A DNA stretch of 64,000 bases from a virus (Duplodnaviria > Heunggongvirae > Uroviricota > Caudoviricetes), in IMG/VR virus record IMGVR_UViG_3300028840_008157; one strand, 5' to 3'. The position numbers and the translations under genes were made by a program. Each line of letters opens with the position of its first letter. Positions within the stretch are counted from its first letter, which is position 1. Of this stretch, positions 36,593-46,314 are shown one piece after another. Under the pieces are notes generated by a model. It saw only the letters and a program-made list of their open reading frames with translations, made no database searches and was not told the DNA's origin.

Positions 36593-36708
36593 GCGGGGAA
36601 GATTAAGGTTCAAAAAACGACTCTAAAACATAATACGCAAAGGATTTAACTGCGTTTTGGATGTCCTATTTACGGTAGGATGCGAGAATTTTTTCTCAAA
36701 TTGGTAAC

Positions 36709-39039
36709 TCATTTCTCGCCCTTCATCAACGCCTGGTCCCTGCGGTCCAGCTCGCGCAGCTTGGTCCACTTCTCGACGGCCTTCTCGCCCGACGTCTTGA
36801 GGTCCTCGGGGAGAGGATCAGCGTGGCGGCACTTCGGGAACCCGCTGCATGAGACGAAGGGCTTCGGCTTCGGGTTCTTTCCTCTGGCCGAAACCCTGAC
36901 GACGAGGGGCTTCTTGCATTTCGGGCAGCTCAACGTCGTCGGCTCGGGGACGAGCTTGCGCTTCGGCGCTCCGTACTTGGTCAGCGACATCGTGAACTTG
37001 CATCCCTCGGAGGAGCACTTCAGGTACTCGCCGAATCGACCCCTTGCCTTCATCATCTTCGACCCGCAGTCGTCGCAGGCGATGGGAAGCAGGTCGTCCT
37101 CGGGATCCTTGGGGTTCCCGTCCTCGTCCAAGTCGAGCTTTGACTTGCATTTAGGACAAGCCAGAAATTCCCCATAACGTCCCAAAAACTTCGTCATCTT
37201 CTCGGAGCACTTCGGGCACTCATGATTCGTCGGTTCGCCGCCCTTCTTGGTTGGCATCGCCTTGTCGGCCTCCCCGAGCTCGTCCATGAACTCCTTGTAG
37301 AAATCCTTCAACACCTTGACGTGCCCGACCTTGCCTTCCTCGACTTCGTCGAGCCTTTCTTCCATGTCCCTCGTGAACCCGACATCCATGATGGAAGGCA
37401 AGTGCCCGATCAACGAGTCCGTTACCAATATCCCCAACGTCGTCGCCTTGAACGGCGCCCTTCCGCCTGTCCCGACCTTCTGGACGTAGCCCCTCTCCTG
37501 GATCACGGAGATGATCGAGGCGTAGGTGCTAGGGCGTCCGATCCCTTCCTTTTCCATGAGCTTGACGAGGGACGCGTCCGTGAACCTCGGCGGAGGTTCC
37601 GTGACGTGCTTGGACGGGGTCGCCGTCGCCATCTTGACGGGCTGCCCGACGATCATTTCCGGTAGCGATCCGTTTTCGTTGCCATCTCGCTCGTAAACCT
37701 CGGTCCATCCGGCGAACGACAGGGTTCTGCCCGTCGCCCGGAAGGTCATGGCTCCCTTCGGTTGTCCCTTAGGCTCGATCTCGCAGGACACGGCGTCGTA
37801 GATCGCCGGGGCCATTTGCGAGGCGACGAATCTCTGCCAGATCAGCGTGTACAATTTCAACTGCTCCGGGTTCAGGACTCCCCTCGCGTCGTCGGGCGTG
37901 AAGCCGACGTCCGTTGGCCTGACGCATTCGTGAGCCTGCTGGGCGCCCTTCTTGGAGGCGTAGTAGTTGGGTTTGTCCGGGTAATGATCCTCCCCGTACT
38001 TGCCATTGATGAAGTCCCTGGCCTCCTCCTGGGCATCCTTGCTGACGTGGAAGCTGTCCGTCCTCATGTACGTGATGAGCCCGTGATCAGACCCACCGAC
38101 GCCCTCGTAGAGCTGCTGCGCGATCCTCATGGTTCTTTTCGTGTCGAACCCGAGACGGACGGCGGCGGCTGCTTGCAAGTTGGACGTGGAGAAGGGCGGG
38201 TAAGGTCGCTCCTTGACCTGCTTCTTGTCGTAGGCGACCACGACGTACTCGTCGAACGACAACGCCTTGTCGGACGTCTCCTTGGCCCTCGTCTCGTCGG
38301 GCAGGTATACGTACTTGGCGGGCTTGGAGTCATGCTTCTCCAGGTCGGCGGCCGAGCAGACGACCTTCTTCTCGTCCATGACCTTGAGCTGCGCTCCGAA
38401 TCCGTCCCCCTCGTCGAAGGTCGCCTCGACGGTATGGTACTCCCTCGGGACGAACGCCTCGATCTCCTTCTCCCTCTCGCTGACGAGGCGTACCGCGACC
38501 GACTGGACCCGGCCAGCCGAGAGCCCGCGCTTGATCTTCTTCCAGAGCAACGGCGATACCTTGTACCCCACGATCCGGTCGAGGATGCGTCGCGCCTGCT
38601 GCGAGTTGACGAGGTTCATGTCCACGTCTCGCGGATGCCTGAACGCCTCCGCGATGGCTCTCGGGGTGATCTCGTTGTAGGTGACCCTGGCGAAGTCCGA
38701 CGTCGTTCTCCCGGGAAGCATGAGCTCGCGCAGGTGGAACGCGATGGCCTCGCCCTCCCTGTCCGGGTCGGGGCATAGGAATATCTTCTCGACGCGCTTG
38801 GACTGGTTGACGAGGTCCTTGACCGTCTTGGCCTTCTTGGACAACACCTCGTAGGTCGGCTCGAAGTCGGCGGGGATGTCCACGCCGGACATGGAATGCT
38901 TGCCCTTGCCGATCTTGGATGACGCCAGGTCGCGGACATGTCCCATGGAGGCTACGACGACGTAGTCCCGGCCCAGTATCCTCTGGATGGTCTTGGCCTT
39001 GGCGGGGCTCTCAACGACGACAAGGTATCGAGCAGCCAT
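36709..39039 (-). CDS. topA: DNA topoisomerase IA
   Basis: LVVVESPAKAKTI, ASMGHVRDL, DPDREGE, SAGRVQS, GLITYMRTDS (catalytic Tyr), GIGRPSTY and C-terminal Zn ribbons. Confidence 0.97.
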   Translation of the reverse strand: MAARYLVVVESPAKAKTIQRILGRDYVVVASMGHVRDLASSKIGKGKHSMSGVDIPADFEPTYEVLSKKAKTVKDLVNQSKRVEKIFLCPDPDREGEAIAFHLRELMLPGRTTSDFARVTYNEITPRAIAEAFRHPRDVDMNLVNSQQARRILDRIVGYKVSPLLWKKIKRGLSAGRVQSVAVRLVSEREKEIEAFVPREYHTVEATFDEGDGFGAQLKVMDEKKVVCSAADLEKHDSKPAKYVYLPDETRAKETSDKALSFDEYVVVAYDKKQVKERPYPPFSTSNLQAAAAVRLGFDTKRTMRIAQQLYEGVGGSDHGLITYMRTDSFHVSKDAQEEARDFINGKYGEDHYPDKPNYYASKKGAQQAHECVRPTDVGFTPDDARGVLNPEQLKLYTLIWQRFVASQMAPAIYDAVSCEIEPKGQPKGAMTFRATGRTLSFAGWTEVYERDGNENGSLPEMIVGQPVKMATATPSKHVTEPPPRFTDASLVKLMEKEGIGRPSTYASIISVIQERGYVQKVGTGGRAPFKATTLGILVTDSLIGHLPSIMDVGFTRDMEERLDEVEEGKVGHVKVLKDFYKEFMDELGEADKAMPTKKGGEPTNHECPKCSEKMTKFLGRYGEFLACPKCKSKLDLDEDGNPKDPEDDLLPIACDDCGSKMMKARGRFGEYLKCSSEGCKFTMSLTKYGAPKRKLVPEPTTLSCPKCKKPLVVRVSARGKNPKPKPFVSCSGFPKCRHADPLPEDLKTSGEKAVEKWTKLRELDRRDQALMKGEK

Positions 39040-39174
39040 GTTTCCCTCCGTTCGCTCCCCAACGGCGGGCCTACTTTTCACCGTTCGCCCCAAATGGACG
39101 CGGCGCGGGATGAACCCGCGCCGCTAGGCTCAGGGGAGGGGGCAGAATCCCCTAAACCCTTGGTGAGACGACCT

Positions 39175-39930
39175 TTAGACTTTTACGTAGACGCCCCTCG
39201 ACTTGCGCTTGATGACGCCTTTCTTGGCCATCGTCGTCGCGCAGGCGGTGACGCTGTTCCAGCGGCTTCCCGTCGCCGTCTTGACCTTCTTGAGCTTGAA
39301 GGTCTTGTTCGGAGGCATCGCCTCGATGTACGCTTTCGGGCTCATCTTGGACGTCGCCGAGGTCACCTTCCGGCGTCGGCGTCGGCGCTTGCGCGGCTTC
39401 AGAGACGCGAGCTCCTCGGCCGCCCTCATGGACGTCGAGGCTTTCCCGAGGACGCGGTATATGGCCGGTCCGATCCGCTCCAGGAGACCCTTCTTGGCGA
39501 GCCCCTTGCAGAACTCGTACATGTTCGCCGGCTTGATCTCGGCGCGCTTGCAGATGGAAAGGGCCGTCACCTTGGTCCCCGTCGGGAGTCCCGAAAGGAA
39601 CTGCTTGGCCTTCTGGCCCATGATGCCCCTCTTCAAGGGAATTTCCTTCCCCGAGATGGTGCCGATCCGCTCGACCTTCTCGTCGCTGTCCGAGACTTGG
39701 TCGAAGGACTTCAGGAAGGACAGGATCGCCGTCCTGTCTTCCAGCGACAGCTTCATCATGCTGTCCATGGCCTGGGAGATCGCCTCGACGGATCCAGGAG
39801 CCTTCAAGGCGTTCATGATCTCCGGTTTGTCGACGGCGCAGGAAAGGAGCTTGATCAACCCGCTCCTCGTCTCCCGCGGGGTTCCCAGAACCCCGTCGAT
39901 GGCTTGCAGAACGCATTTCGTTTCGTTCAT
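39175..39930 (-). CDS. Hypothetical basic protein, possible winged-helix DNA-binding protein
   Basis: GGAG RBS; two LAKKGLLER/MAKKGVIKR..GVY wHTH-like ends; Arg run. Confidence 0.65.
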   Translation of the reverse strand: MNETKCVLQAIDGVLGTPRETRSGLIKLLSCAVDKPEIMNALKAPGSVEAISQAMDSMMKLSLEDRTAILSFLKSFDQVSDSDEKVERIGTISGKEIPLKRGIMGQKAKQFLSGLPTGTKVTALSICKRAEIKPANMYEFCKGLAKKGLLERIGPAIYRVLGKASTSMRAAEELASLKPRKRRRRRRKVTSATSKMSPKAYIEAMPPNKTFKLKKVKTATGSRWNSVTACATTMAKKGVIKRKSRGVYVKV

Positions 39931-39996
39931 CCCTTTTTCTCCTTCCGGTATCCCCGGACTCTTGGTTTCCGGAAGGAAGCATACCAGACGACACGA

Positions 39997-40563
39997 TTAT
40001 TGCAAGGGCAAAAATTTGTGGATTAGGTGGCGAACGTGGGTGAACTTGTCCCCCCTGAAGGAATGCATCCCGTTCCACGGCTGGGGGAAGAGGATCGTCT
40101 TGGCGTTCGGGCACGCCTTCTTGAACTTCTCGATGTTCTTGTCGCTGTCGTCGATCAGGAGGCTGTCCTCGTTGGCGAAGGCGTCCTTGCGCGGGCTCAT
40201 GATGAAGTCGCGGAACTTGTCGTCCCCGGTGAACTCGTAGAGCCAGCGGAGCTTCCCGGAGAGGCAGCCCGGGTCGAGGGTCGGCTGCGTCAGGACGATC
40301 ACGTCGCCCTGCGTCTTGAGCCAGTCGTACATGTCCCTGGCCCACGGATAGGGCTTGAGGCCGGCCCATAATTCCTCGCCTTCCTCCTCTACTTTTCCCC
40401 AAAGCTTCTCGGGGGACACGCCGAGCTCCGGGCAGATGTCGTAGTTTCCGGGCTTCCAGTTGTTCTGCGTCCTGATCGGGTCCTTTCCGAACAGCTCGCA
40501 GACGCAGGCAACGAAATCAGCGAGGACGCCGTCCATGTCAACCAGTATGATCATGTTGTTCAC
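39997..40563 (-). CDS. 5'(3')-deoxyribonucleotidase (NT5C-like HAD phosphatase)
   Basis: ILVDMDGVLADF, GKLRWL and LLIDD..NIE motifs. Confidence 0.9.
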   Translation of the reverse strand: MNNMIILVDMDGVLADFVACVCELFGKDPIRTQNNWKPGNYDICPELGVSPEKLWGKVEEEGEELWAGLKPYPWARDMYDWLKTQGDVIVLTQPTLDPGCLSGKLRWLYEFTGDDKFRDFIMSPRKDAFANEDSLLIDDSDKNIEKFKKACPNAKTILFPQPWNGMHSFRGDKFTHVRHLIHKFLPLQ

Positions 40564-40744
40564 CTATGCCCAGTTTGTGTTTATTCATCTTTGCCCAAAG
40601 TCTGCCTTCGATCATCCTGGCGTACCTCTCGACGGCGCCCCCGTGATGCGTGAGCCGGAACGGAAGACTGCGCCAAATCCCCCCCATGCGATTCAGGGAT
40701 GGAAGGTCTTGGTATAGGGCCCACAGGTCTATTGATCGCCTCAT
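40538..40744 (-). CDS. Small hypothetical protein
   Basis: ATGA overlap with the upstream gene. Confidence 0.45.
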   Translation of the reverse strand: MRRSIDLWALYQDLPSLNRMGGIWRSLPFRLTHHGGAVERYARMIEGRLWAKMNKHKLGIGEQHDHTG

Positions 40745-40929
40745 GTTATCTTTCTCCTGCGCCCTCGATTATCATCGAGACGCCCGCGATGCTCGTCGAG
40801 CAGCCACATCAATTCCCTGTCGGGCCTACGCCCCCACGGCGAAAGATCGAACCACGGGGCTTCTACGGACGCGACGTAGTTGAGCTCGGGAAACATGACG
40901 AGCATCTTCCTCAGGACGTTGTCTCTCAT
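40741..40929 (-). CDS. Small hypothetical protein
   Basis: ATG 40929 overlaps the stop of the SbcDC fusion (ATGA). Confidence 0.5.
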   Translation of the reverse strand: MRDNVLRKMLVMFPELNYVASVEAPWFDLSPWGRRPDRELMWLLDEHRGRLDDNRGRRRKIT

Positions 40930-43900
40930 TGCCCCATCCTTACCCTGTGGATGATCTCCCCGAGGACGCGCGTGTGATGGGAGATGACGATGACCTGGTT
41001 GAAACACTTCAGCGTCCTCAGCATCCGGATCGTCGTCTCGGCGTTCTCGTCGTCCATGTGATCCGTGGCCTCGTCCATGACGAGGACCTTCAAGCCCTTG
41101 CCCGTCCGCTCGGCCTGCAAGGTCGCGAAGGCCACGCGGACGATGCCCTTCAGAATCTTCTTCTCACCCCCCGAGTACGTGGAGATGTCGCGCTCCCCGA
41201 ACCCCGAGTCGATCAGGATGTCGATGGCCTCGTGGACGGTTCCAGATTTGGTGGCGCGCTGGCTGTTTACCCGGATGGCCCATCCCTTGCCGAACCCGGA
41301 CAACATTTCGGCCATGATTTCCTGGAACCTCGGCAGCACGCCGTCGACGATGAGTTGCGGGATGCCGTCGCGACCGAAGGCGGCGAAGAGGGCCGACATG
41401 ACCTCGGCCCTTTCCTCGTGGTCCTTCTTCTTCGCCGATATCTCTGAGATTTGACCCCGTTTCCGCGCGTTCTCCTCGACCCGCGCCTCCCACTGCCCGA
41501 CGAGCTTGTTCGCTTCCGAGAGCTCGCTCGTCTTCCTCTCCACCTCCTCCGAGAGCGTCTTCACCAAGGCGATGGACGTGGAGTCATCGACCCTGTCCGG
41601 TATCTTGATGTCCCCGATCAGCTTGCTGAGCTCGTCGAACTTTCCCTTCAGCTCCGCGATCTCGGAGGTCATCGCGGCGACGTCTTCCTTGGCCTTCTCT
41701 GCCTTGGCCAGCTCGACCTCCATATCGGCGAGGCTTGAGCAACGCTTCTTGAGCTCCTCCATGGACTCGAGGAGCCCCTCCGGAGGGGATGGAATGCCCT
41801 TCTCCTTCTTGTCCGCGTCGGCCCGGATGGCCTCGATCTCCTTGACGACCTCGGGCTGCCAACCCTCGATGGGGGGAGCCTTGACGAGGGCGTCGGATAT
41901 TCTCTCCGTCTCCTCGTCGTAGGAGGAGATTTGGTCGTCGGCCTGCGACAGGATCGCCTCGCCCCTCGGGATCGCCCTCTCGAAGTCGTCGATCCTCGAG
42001 CGGCTCTCCAGGCCGTCCTTGGCGAAGGAGCAAGTCTTGCATATCTCGGCGTCCGGAAATCCCTCGAGCAGCTCGACCTTCTTCCTAGCCTCCGCGAGTC
42101 GCCCCTTGAGCTTCTCCATCTTGACCACGGTATCCTGGCGCATGTCCTCGAGCTTCTTGCGTCCGATGGCGCGCTCCTTCCGGGACTCCTCGGACTTGGA
42201 CAGCGCCTGTGACGCGGCCTCGGCGTGCGCCAGCTTCCTGGCGTCCTCCATCCGATCGGCGTTGGCCCTGATCTTCTCGATCTCCGCGAGCCTTGATTGC
42301 CTGAGCGCGTTGTACTTCTCGACCTCCGCCTCCGCCTTGGCCAGGTCGGTTTCCGCCTTCCTGGCCTCCTTCACCCGCTCGGAGAGGATCGACGGGTCGA
42401 CCTCCTGCAAGGCGTCCCTCTTCGCCTTCAGGTCGCGAGCCTTGGAGGTGACCTCGTCCCTCTTGGACTCGAGGCTCGCCTTCTCCTTGATGGCCTCGGT
42501 CCTCTCCTTGTTCAACGCCTCGATGTCGGCCAAGCCCTCCTTCGCGGAATCCAGCGATGACTTGGCCTTCTCGATTTCGCCCTTGATCCGCTTTTCGTCG
42601 CCCTTGGCCTTGTCCAACTCGCTCGCGTCCTCCTCCTCTGAGGACAACCCCTCCTCGAGCCGACGAATCGTCTCCGCCGAACTCTGGGCGGCCGCCTCGG
42701 AGGCTTGCGCCCTCTTCTTGGCGAGGACGGACATCTCGATCAGGCGATGCGTCCCGAGCAGCTTGGCGAACAACTCCTTCCTCTCCGCCGCGCCCACGTC
42801 CACGAGACCGCAGGCCATGTTGCCCTTCTGGCTGGCGTCCTCCTGGGAAGAGAATATGCCCGACATGACCATCCGGACGTCCCCGACGAGTGCCGCGCAC
42901 CTGGATTCCACCTCCTCGACCTTGGGGCCGGCGATGGTTTCTCCGTCCTCGTCCTTCAGGAACGCCTTGGTCGAGGACGACTTCGGCGTGACCTTGATCT
43001 CGCGTATGGCCACGTACTTCTTGCCGCCGCTGCTGAAGGCGACCTCGATCCTGCCGTCCGACTTGCCCTGCGAGACCAGGGACGCCACGGAGCGCGTCGG
43101 CGACCTGCCGTACAGCGCGACCAGCGGGGCCTCGACGACGGTCGTCTTGCCCGAACCGTTCGGCCCCTCGATGGCCGTTATCCCGGCGGGGAGCTCGAGC
43201 TCCAGATGATCATGGCAGGTGATGTTGTCCAGTATTATCGAGTCGATGGAATCAAGCGACCCTATGGCGTCCCCGTAAGCCCCGAGCTCGGACCGGAGCG
43301 ACTCCTCGCCCTCGCATAGCTTTTCTATCGGCACCTCGCATTTGGAGGACTTCCGCCATGCCTCGATCAGCGTCTTCATGGGGTCGTCGGCGGAAAGGTC
43401 GTTGGCGACCCTTCTCTCGCGATTGACGACGACCTTCTCGAAGACGACACCATCGGGCAATATCTCCGGTCGGTCCTCGCATCGCAGCTTGACGTAGTCG
43501 TTGTCTCGCCTGGACAAGTCCTCCAGCGTGTCCACCGTCAGGTACTTCGGTGAGTTCTTGTTCTCGAGCCACGTGTCCGAGACGACCTCCTGCCCGTCGA
43601 CCTCTAGGAGCCGGCAACCGGACCAGTTTCCCTCCTCGCCAAACGACAACTGGCAAAGCGTCCCCAGGTAACCGTCGTTGGCCCGGGGCAGGCCGGGAAT
43701 GGGTTGACGGCCGTGTATGTGCCCCAGGCCATAGACGGAAGCCCCTATGGACGCGAGCGTCGGAGGATCGAACTCGAATGGCCCATTAGCCTGTACCTGG
43801 CCGTTGTTTAGGATGGCCCCGGTAACCTCGAGATGTCCCAGGAAGAAGACGAAATCGCCCTCGTCTATCTTCTCCCTCACCTCGGCCCTGAGCCGGTCCG

Positions 43901-44384
43901 GCAACGACGCGATGCTCGTGGAGGCTTGCTGCTCCGCCGCCTTGCGCTCCAGACCCTTGGAGATTGTCAGCCTCGTCGCCACCGCCTCGCGGCTGATCCA
44001 CGGCAGTGCGCATACGGAGACCCCGTCGAGAACCTGGTGAACCCCTGGTTTTCTGATAATGGTGATCCACGGGCAGCCTTCCAGAGGGGATAGCGCGTCC
44101 TTCTCGAGGGCCGGCCCGATGTCGTGGTTGCCGTAGATGAGGAGGAGCGGAACGCGCTCCTCCTTGTCCATGAAGGGCTCCATGAAGGCGTTGTATATGG
44201 TCCCGACGGTCTTCTCCTTGCCCGCGACGTTGACGTGGTCGAAGATGTCCCCGGCGCAGGCGATTAGGTCGACCTCGGTCTTGTGGGCGTAGGCTACGAG
44301 CCTGTCCCATGCCTCGGCGATGTCCGCCAGCTTCTTGTCCCTGAAATGTATGTCCCCGACGAGGATGATCTTTTTCTTGCTCAT
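40926..44384 (-). CDS. SbcD/Mre11 nuclease-SbcC/Rad50 ATPase fusion protein
   Basis: Phosphoesterase motifs GDIH, AGDIFD, GNHD, GHIH; Walker A GPNGSGKT; coiled coil with CKTC hook; YSGGE signature; VLVMDE Walker B; ISH H-loop; one continuous frame. Confidence 0.92.
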   Translation of the reverse strand: MSKKKIILVGDIHFRDKKLADIAEAWDRLVAYAHKTEVDLIACAGDIFDHVNVAGKEKTVGTIYNAFMEPFMDKEERVPLLLIYGNHDIGPALEKDALSPLEGCPWITIIRKPGVHQVLDGVSVCALPWISREAVATRLTISKGLERKAAEQQASTSIASLPDRLRAEVREKIDEGDFVFFLGHLEVTGAILNNGQVQANGPFEFDPPTLASIGASVYGLGHIHGRQPIPGLPRANDGYLGTLCQLSFGEEGNWSGCRLLEVDGQEVVSDTWLENKNSPKYLTVDTLEDLSRRDNDYVKLRCEDRPEILPDGVVFEKVVVNRERRVANDLSADDPMKTLIEAWRKSSKCEVPIEKLCEGEESLRSELGAYGDAIGSLDSIDSIILDNITCHDHLELELPAGITAIEGPNGSGKTTVVEAPLVALYGRSPTRSVASLVSQGKSDGRIEVAFSSGGKKYVAIREIKVTPKSSSTKAFLKDEDGETIAGPKVEEVESRCAALVGDVRMVMSGIFSSQEDASQKGNMACGLVDVGAAERKELFAKLLGTHRLIEMSVLAKKRAQASEAAAQSSAETIRRLEEGLSSEEEDASELDKAKGDEKRIKGEIEKAKSSLDSAKEGLADIEALNKERTEAIKEKASLESKRDEVTSKARDLKAKRDALQEVDPSILSERVKEARKAETDLAKAEAEVEKYNALRQSRLAEIEKIRANADRMEDARKLAHAEAASQALSKSEESRKERAIGRKKLEDMRQDTVVKMEKLKGRLAEARKKVELLEGFPDAEICKTCSFAKDGLESRSRIDDFERAIPRGEAILSQADDQISSYDEETERISDALVKAPPIEGWQPEVVKEIEAIRADADKKEKGIPSPPEGLLESMEELKKRCSSLADMEVELAKAEKAKEDVAAMTSEIAELKGKFDELSKLIGDIKIPDRVDDSTSIALVKTLSEEVERKTSELSEANKLVGQWEARVEENARKRGQISEISAKKKDHEERAEVMSALFAAFGRDGIPQLIVDGVLPRFQEIMAEMLSGFGKGWAIRVNSQRATKSGTVHEAIDILIDSGFGERDISTYSGGEKKILKGIVRVAFATLQAERTGKGLKVLVMDEATDHMDDENAETTIRMLRTLKCFNQVIVISHHTRVLGEIIHRVRMGQ

Positions 44385-44438
44385 GCGCGCTCCTTGGATA
44401 AGATGATACGTCGTCGAAGGCAGAAAGGTCGCACGCGC

Positions 44439-45029
44439 ATGAAGGACATGGTCAAGATAGGCAACGACAAGATGGGGCCGAACGTCATGACGTTCAGCCT
44501 GCCGCCGGTCATTACATGCAGGCCATCCAAGTGGTGCCTGAAGGGCCGCGATGGGAAGCCTCGTTGTTACGCGCTACGAGGCAGGATGACATGGCCGAAC
44601 GTAACCCGCTCCTTTCGACGTAATTACGAAGCGAGCAAGAAGCCAAACTTCGTGGACCGAATCGTTTCCGAGATCGAGGAAAAAGGACTCCCGTATTTCA
44701 GGATTCACGTGGCCGGAGACTTCTACAGCGCGTCCTACGCCAGAAAATGGATCGAGATCGCCAACCGATGCCCCGGCGTCCTGTTCCGAACGACGACGCG
44801 TCGCGTGGACCACGTCAAATGGATGTACAAGCTCGACAAGCTACCCAACATGAGCGTCCGTGAATCCATCGACCCGATCAGCCCCGTCCCGAAGACCAAG
44901 CTACGCGTGGCATCCGCCGGCGTCGTCCTCCCGATACGCAAGAAGATCATGTGCCAGGACGACTGCGAGCAATGCGGGCATCGTTGCTGGACGAGCCCGA
45001 ACATGGACGAGGTATTCGAGGAGTATTGA
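44439..45029 (+). CDS. Gp88-family phage protein (Cys-rich, radical-SAM-like)
   Basis: GNDK..FSLP..TC..C..CYA and FRIHVAGDFYS..Y motifs. Confidence 0.75.
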   Translation: MKDMVKIGNDKMGPNVMTFSLPPVITCRPSKWCLKGRDGKPRCYALRGRMTWPNVTRSFRRNYEASKKPNFVDRIVSEIEEKGLPYFRIHVAGDFYSASYARKWIEIANRCPGVLFRTTTRRVDHVKWMYKLDKLPNMSVRESIDPISPVPKTKLRVASAGVVLPIRKKIMCQDDCEQCGHRCWTSPNMDEVFEEY

Positions 45030-45090
45030 TTTGGGTCACGAAGACATCCCCCCATGCAGGAGCGTCCACGCCACGGGCGGTGGGCTTACC

Positions 45091-45486
45091 ATGACCGCGC
45101 TAAACTACGCCATCGAGATCATCGAGAAGGAAGGGGGGACCATCGAGGAGATCGCCTTGGGAACCTGGGCGGCGGTCGAGTTTTGCAAATTACGGGGATG
45201 GCCGATACGCCCATCGATCGACGACCTCGCCCATGTCACGGAGAAGCCGTCCAGGATAAAGATGCTCCCGATCAGATTCGGGATCGCCACCAACGAGCTA
45301 GGGGAGGTCGTCAGCGATTCGTATAAAACCCCGGAAAGGGACTTCGTCGCGAGGCTCGAAAAGTCGTTGCCCGATAACGTGGTGGTAATCTACCCGAAAT
45401 CCAGCGTCGGGTTCTCCAGGCGCTCGATTGGTCCGTTCTATGGAGGAACGCCGACGAAGGTCGTCATCACGAGCGAACGCGAGTAA
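45091..45486 (+). CDS. Hypothetical protein
   Basis: ATG 45091; operonic with downstream small genes. Confidence 0.6.
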   Translation: MTALNYAIEIIEKEGGTIEEIALGTWAAVEFCKLRGWPIRPSIDDLAHVTEKPSRIKMLPIRFGIATNELGEVVSDSYKTPERDFVARLEKSLPDNVVVIYPKSSVGFSRRSIGPFYGGTPTKVVITSERE

Positions 45487-45495
45487 GGAGTAAAA

Positions 45496-45711
45496 ATGGA
45501 AGACATCGACAAGGAGCTCGACGAACTCATCGAGGAAATCCAAGGAGTAGCTCGTAACGCCGGGGGAACGTTCACGCCCTACGAGGAGACCAACCAGGTC
45601 GAGCAATTGCGGTGGAGCATCGAGGAGACGGCGGGATGCGTGGAAAAGCTCGCCAGGATCGTCAAGAAGATGCGCGAGGGCGATCCGAACATATTCGAGG
45701 AGGAAGAATGA
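45496..45711 (+). CDS. Small acidic hypothetical protein
   Basis: TAAGGAG RBS. Confidence 0.7.
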   Translation: MEDIDKELDELIEEIQGVARNAGGTFTPYEETNQVEQLRWSIEETAGCVEKLARIVKKMREGDPNIFEEEE

Positions 45712-45932
45712 TCTGGATTGGTTACTCCCTCATGGCTCTTCTGATCATCGGGGGCTTCGTGGGGTGGCGCTTGGAAGTTCGTGATTGGAACGGCGGCTAT
45801 TGTCGTTGCGGCAACAAATGGGAATACTTCGACACGAACAGCCAGGGAGGACGAGGGTATAAATGTCGTGATTGCGGGGCTTACGTCTGGATTTCATGGC
45901 CAAGGGTGGATTCTACTTACGAGTCTTCTTAG
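45708..45932 (+). CDS. Small membrane-anchored Zn-ribbon protein
   Basis: N-terminal TM helix, then WNGGYCRCG..FDTNSQGGRGYKCRDC; ATGA overlap. Confidence 0.7.
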   Translation: MIWIGYSLMALLIIGGFVGWRLEVRDWNGGYCRCGNKWEYFDTNSQGGRGYKCRDCGAYVWISWPRVDSTYESS

Positions 45933-46314
45933 ACTTGATCCGCTTCAGACACCATTCCGGGCGAGACTTGACGTCCTTCTCCCAAAACCTGTAGACCGAC
46001 CATCCCATGCGGCGCAGCCTCCTGTCCACGCGCTTGTCGCGCCGGACGTTGTTGCTGATCTTGGCCCGCCAGAACGGGCTGAGGGCCATCAGGTCGGTAT
46101 CCTTGCCGTGCCAGAACTCGCCATCGACGAAGACGATGAGTTTCTTGCCGGGGATGACGAAGTCGGGCGTGCCCGGCATCCCCCGGACGTTCCTCTTGTA
46201 CTTGATCTTCGCCGACGAAAGGATCCGCGCCATGGCCTTCTCGGGCTTCGTGTCCTTGCCCTTTATGAGGGACATGCGCTTGCTTCGTTCGGCCGGCGTC
46301 AGGAAGTCGGGCAT
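45913..46314 (-). CDS. vsr: Very short patch repair endonuclease
   Basis: [63 protein letters not shown]. Confidence 0.93.
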   Translation of the reverse strand: MPDFLTPAERSKRMSLIKGKDTKPEKAMARILSSAKIKYKRNVRGMPGTPDFVIPGKKLIVFVDGEFWHGKDTDLMALSPFWRAKISNNVRRDKRVDRRLRRMGWSVYRFWEKDVKSRPEWCLKRIKSKKTRK

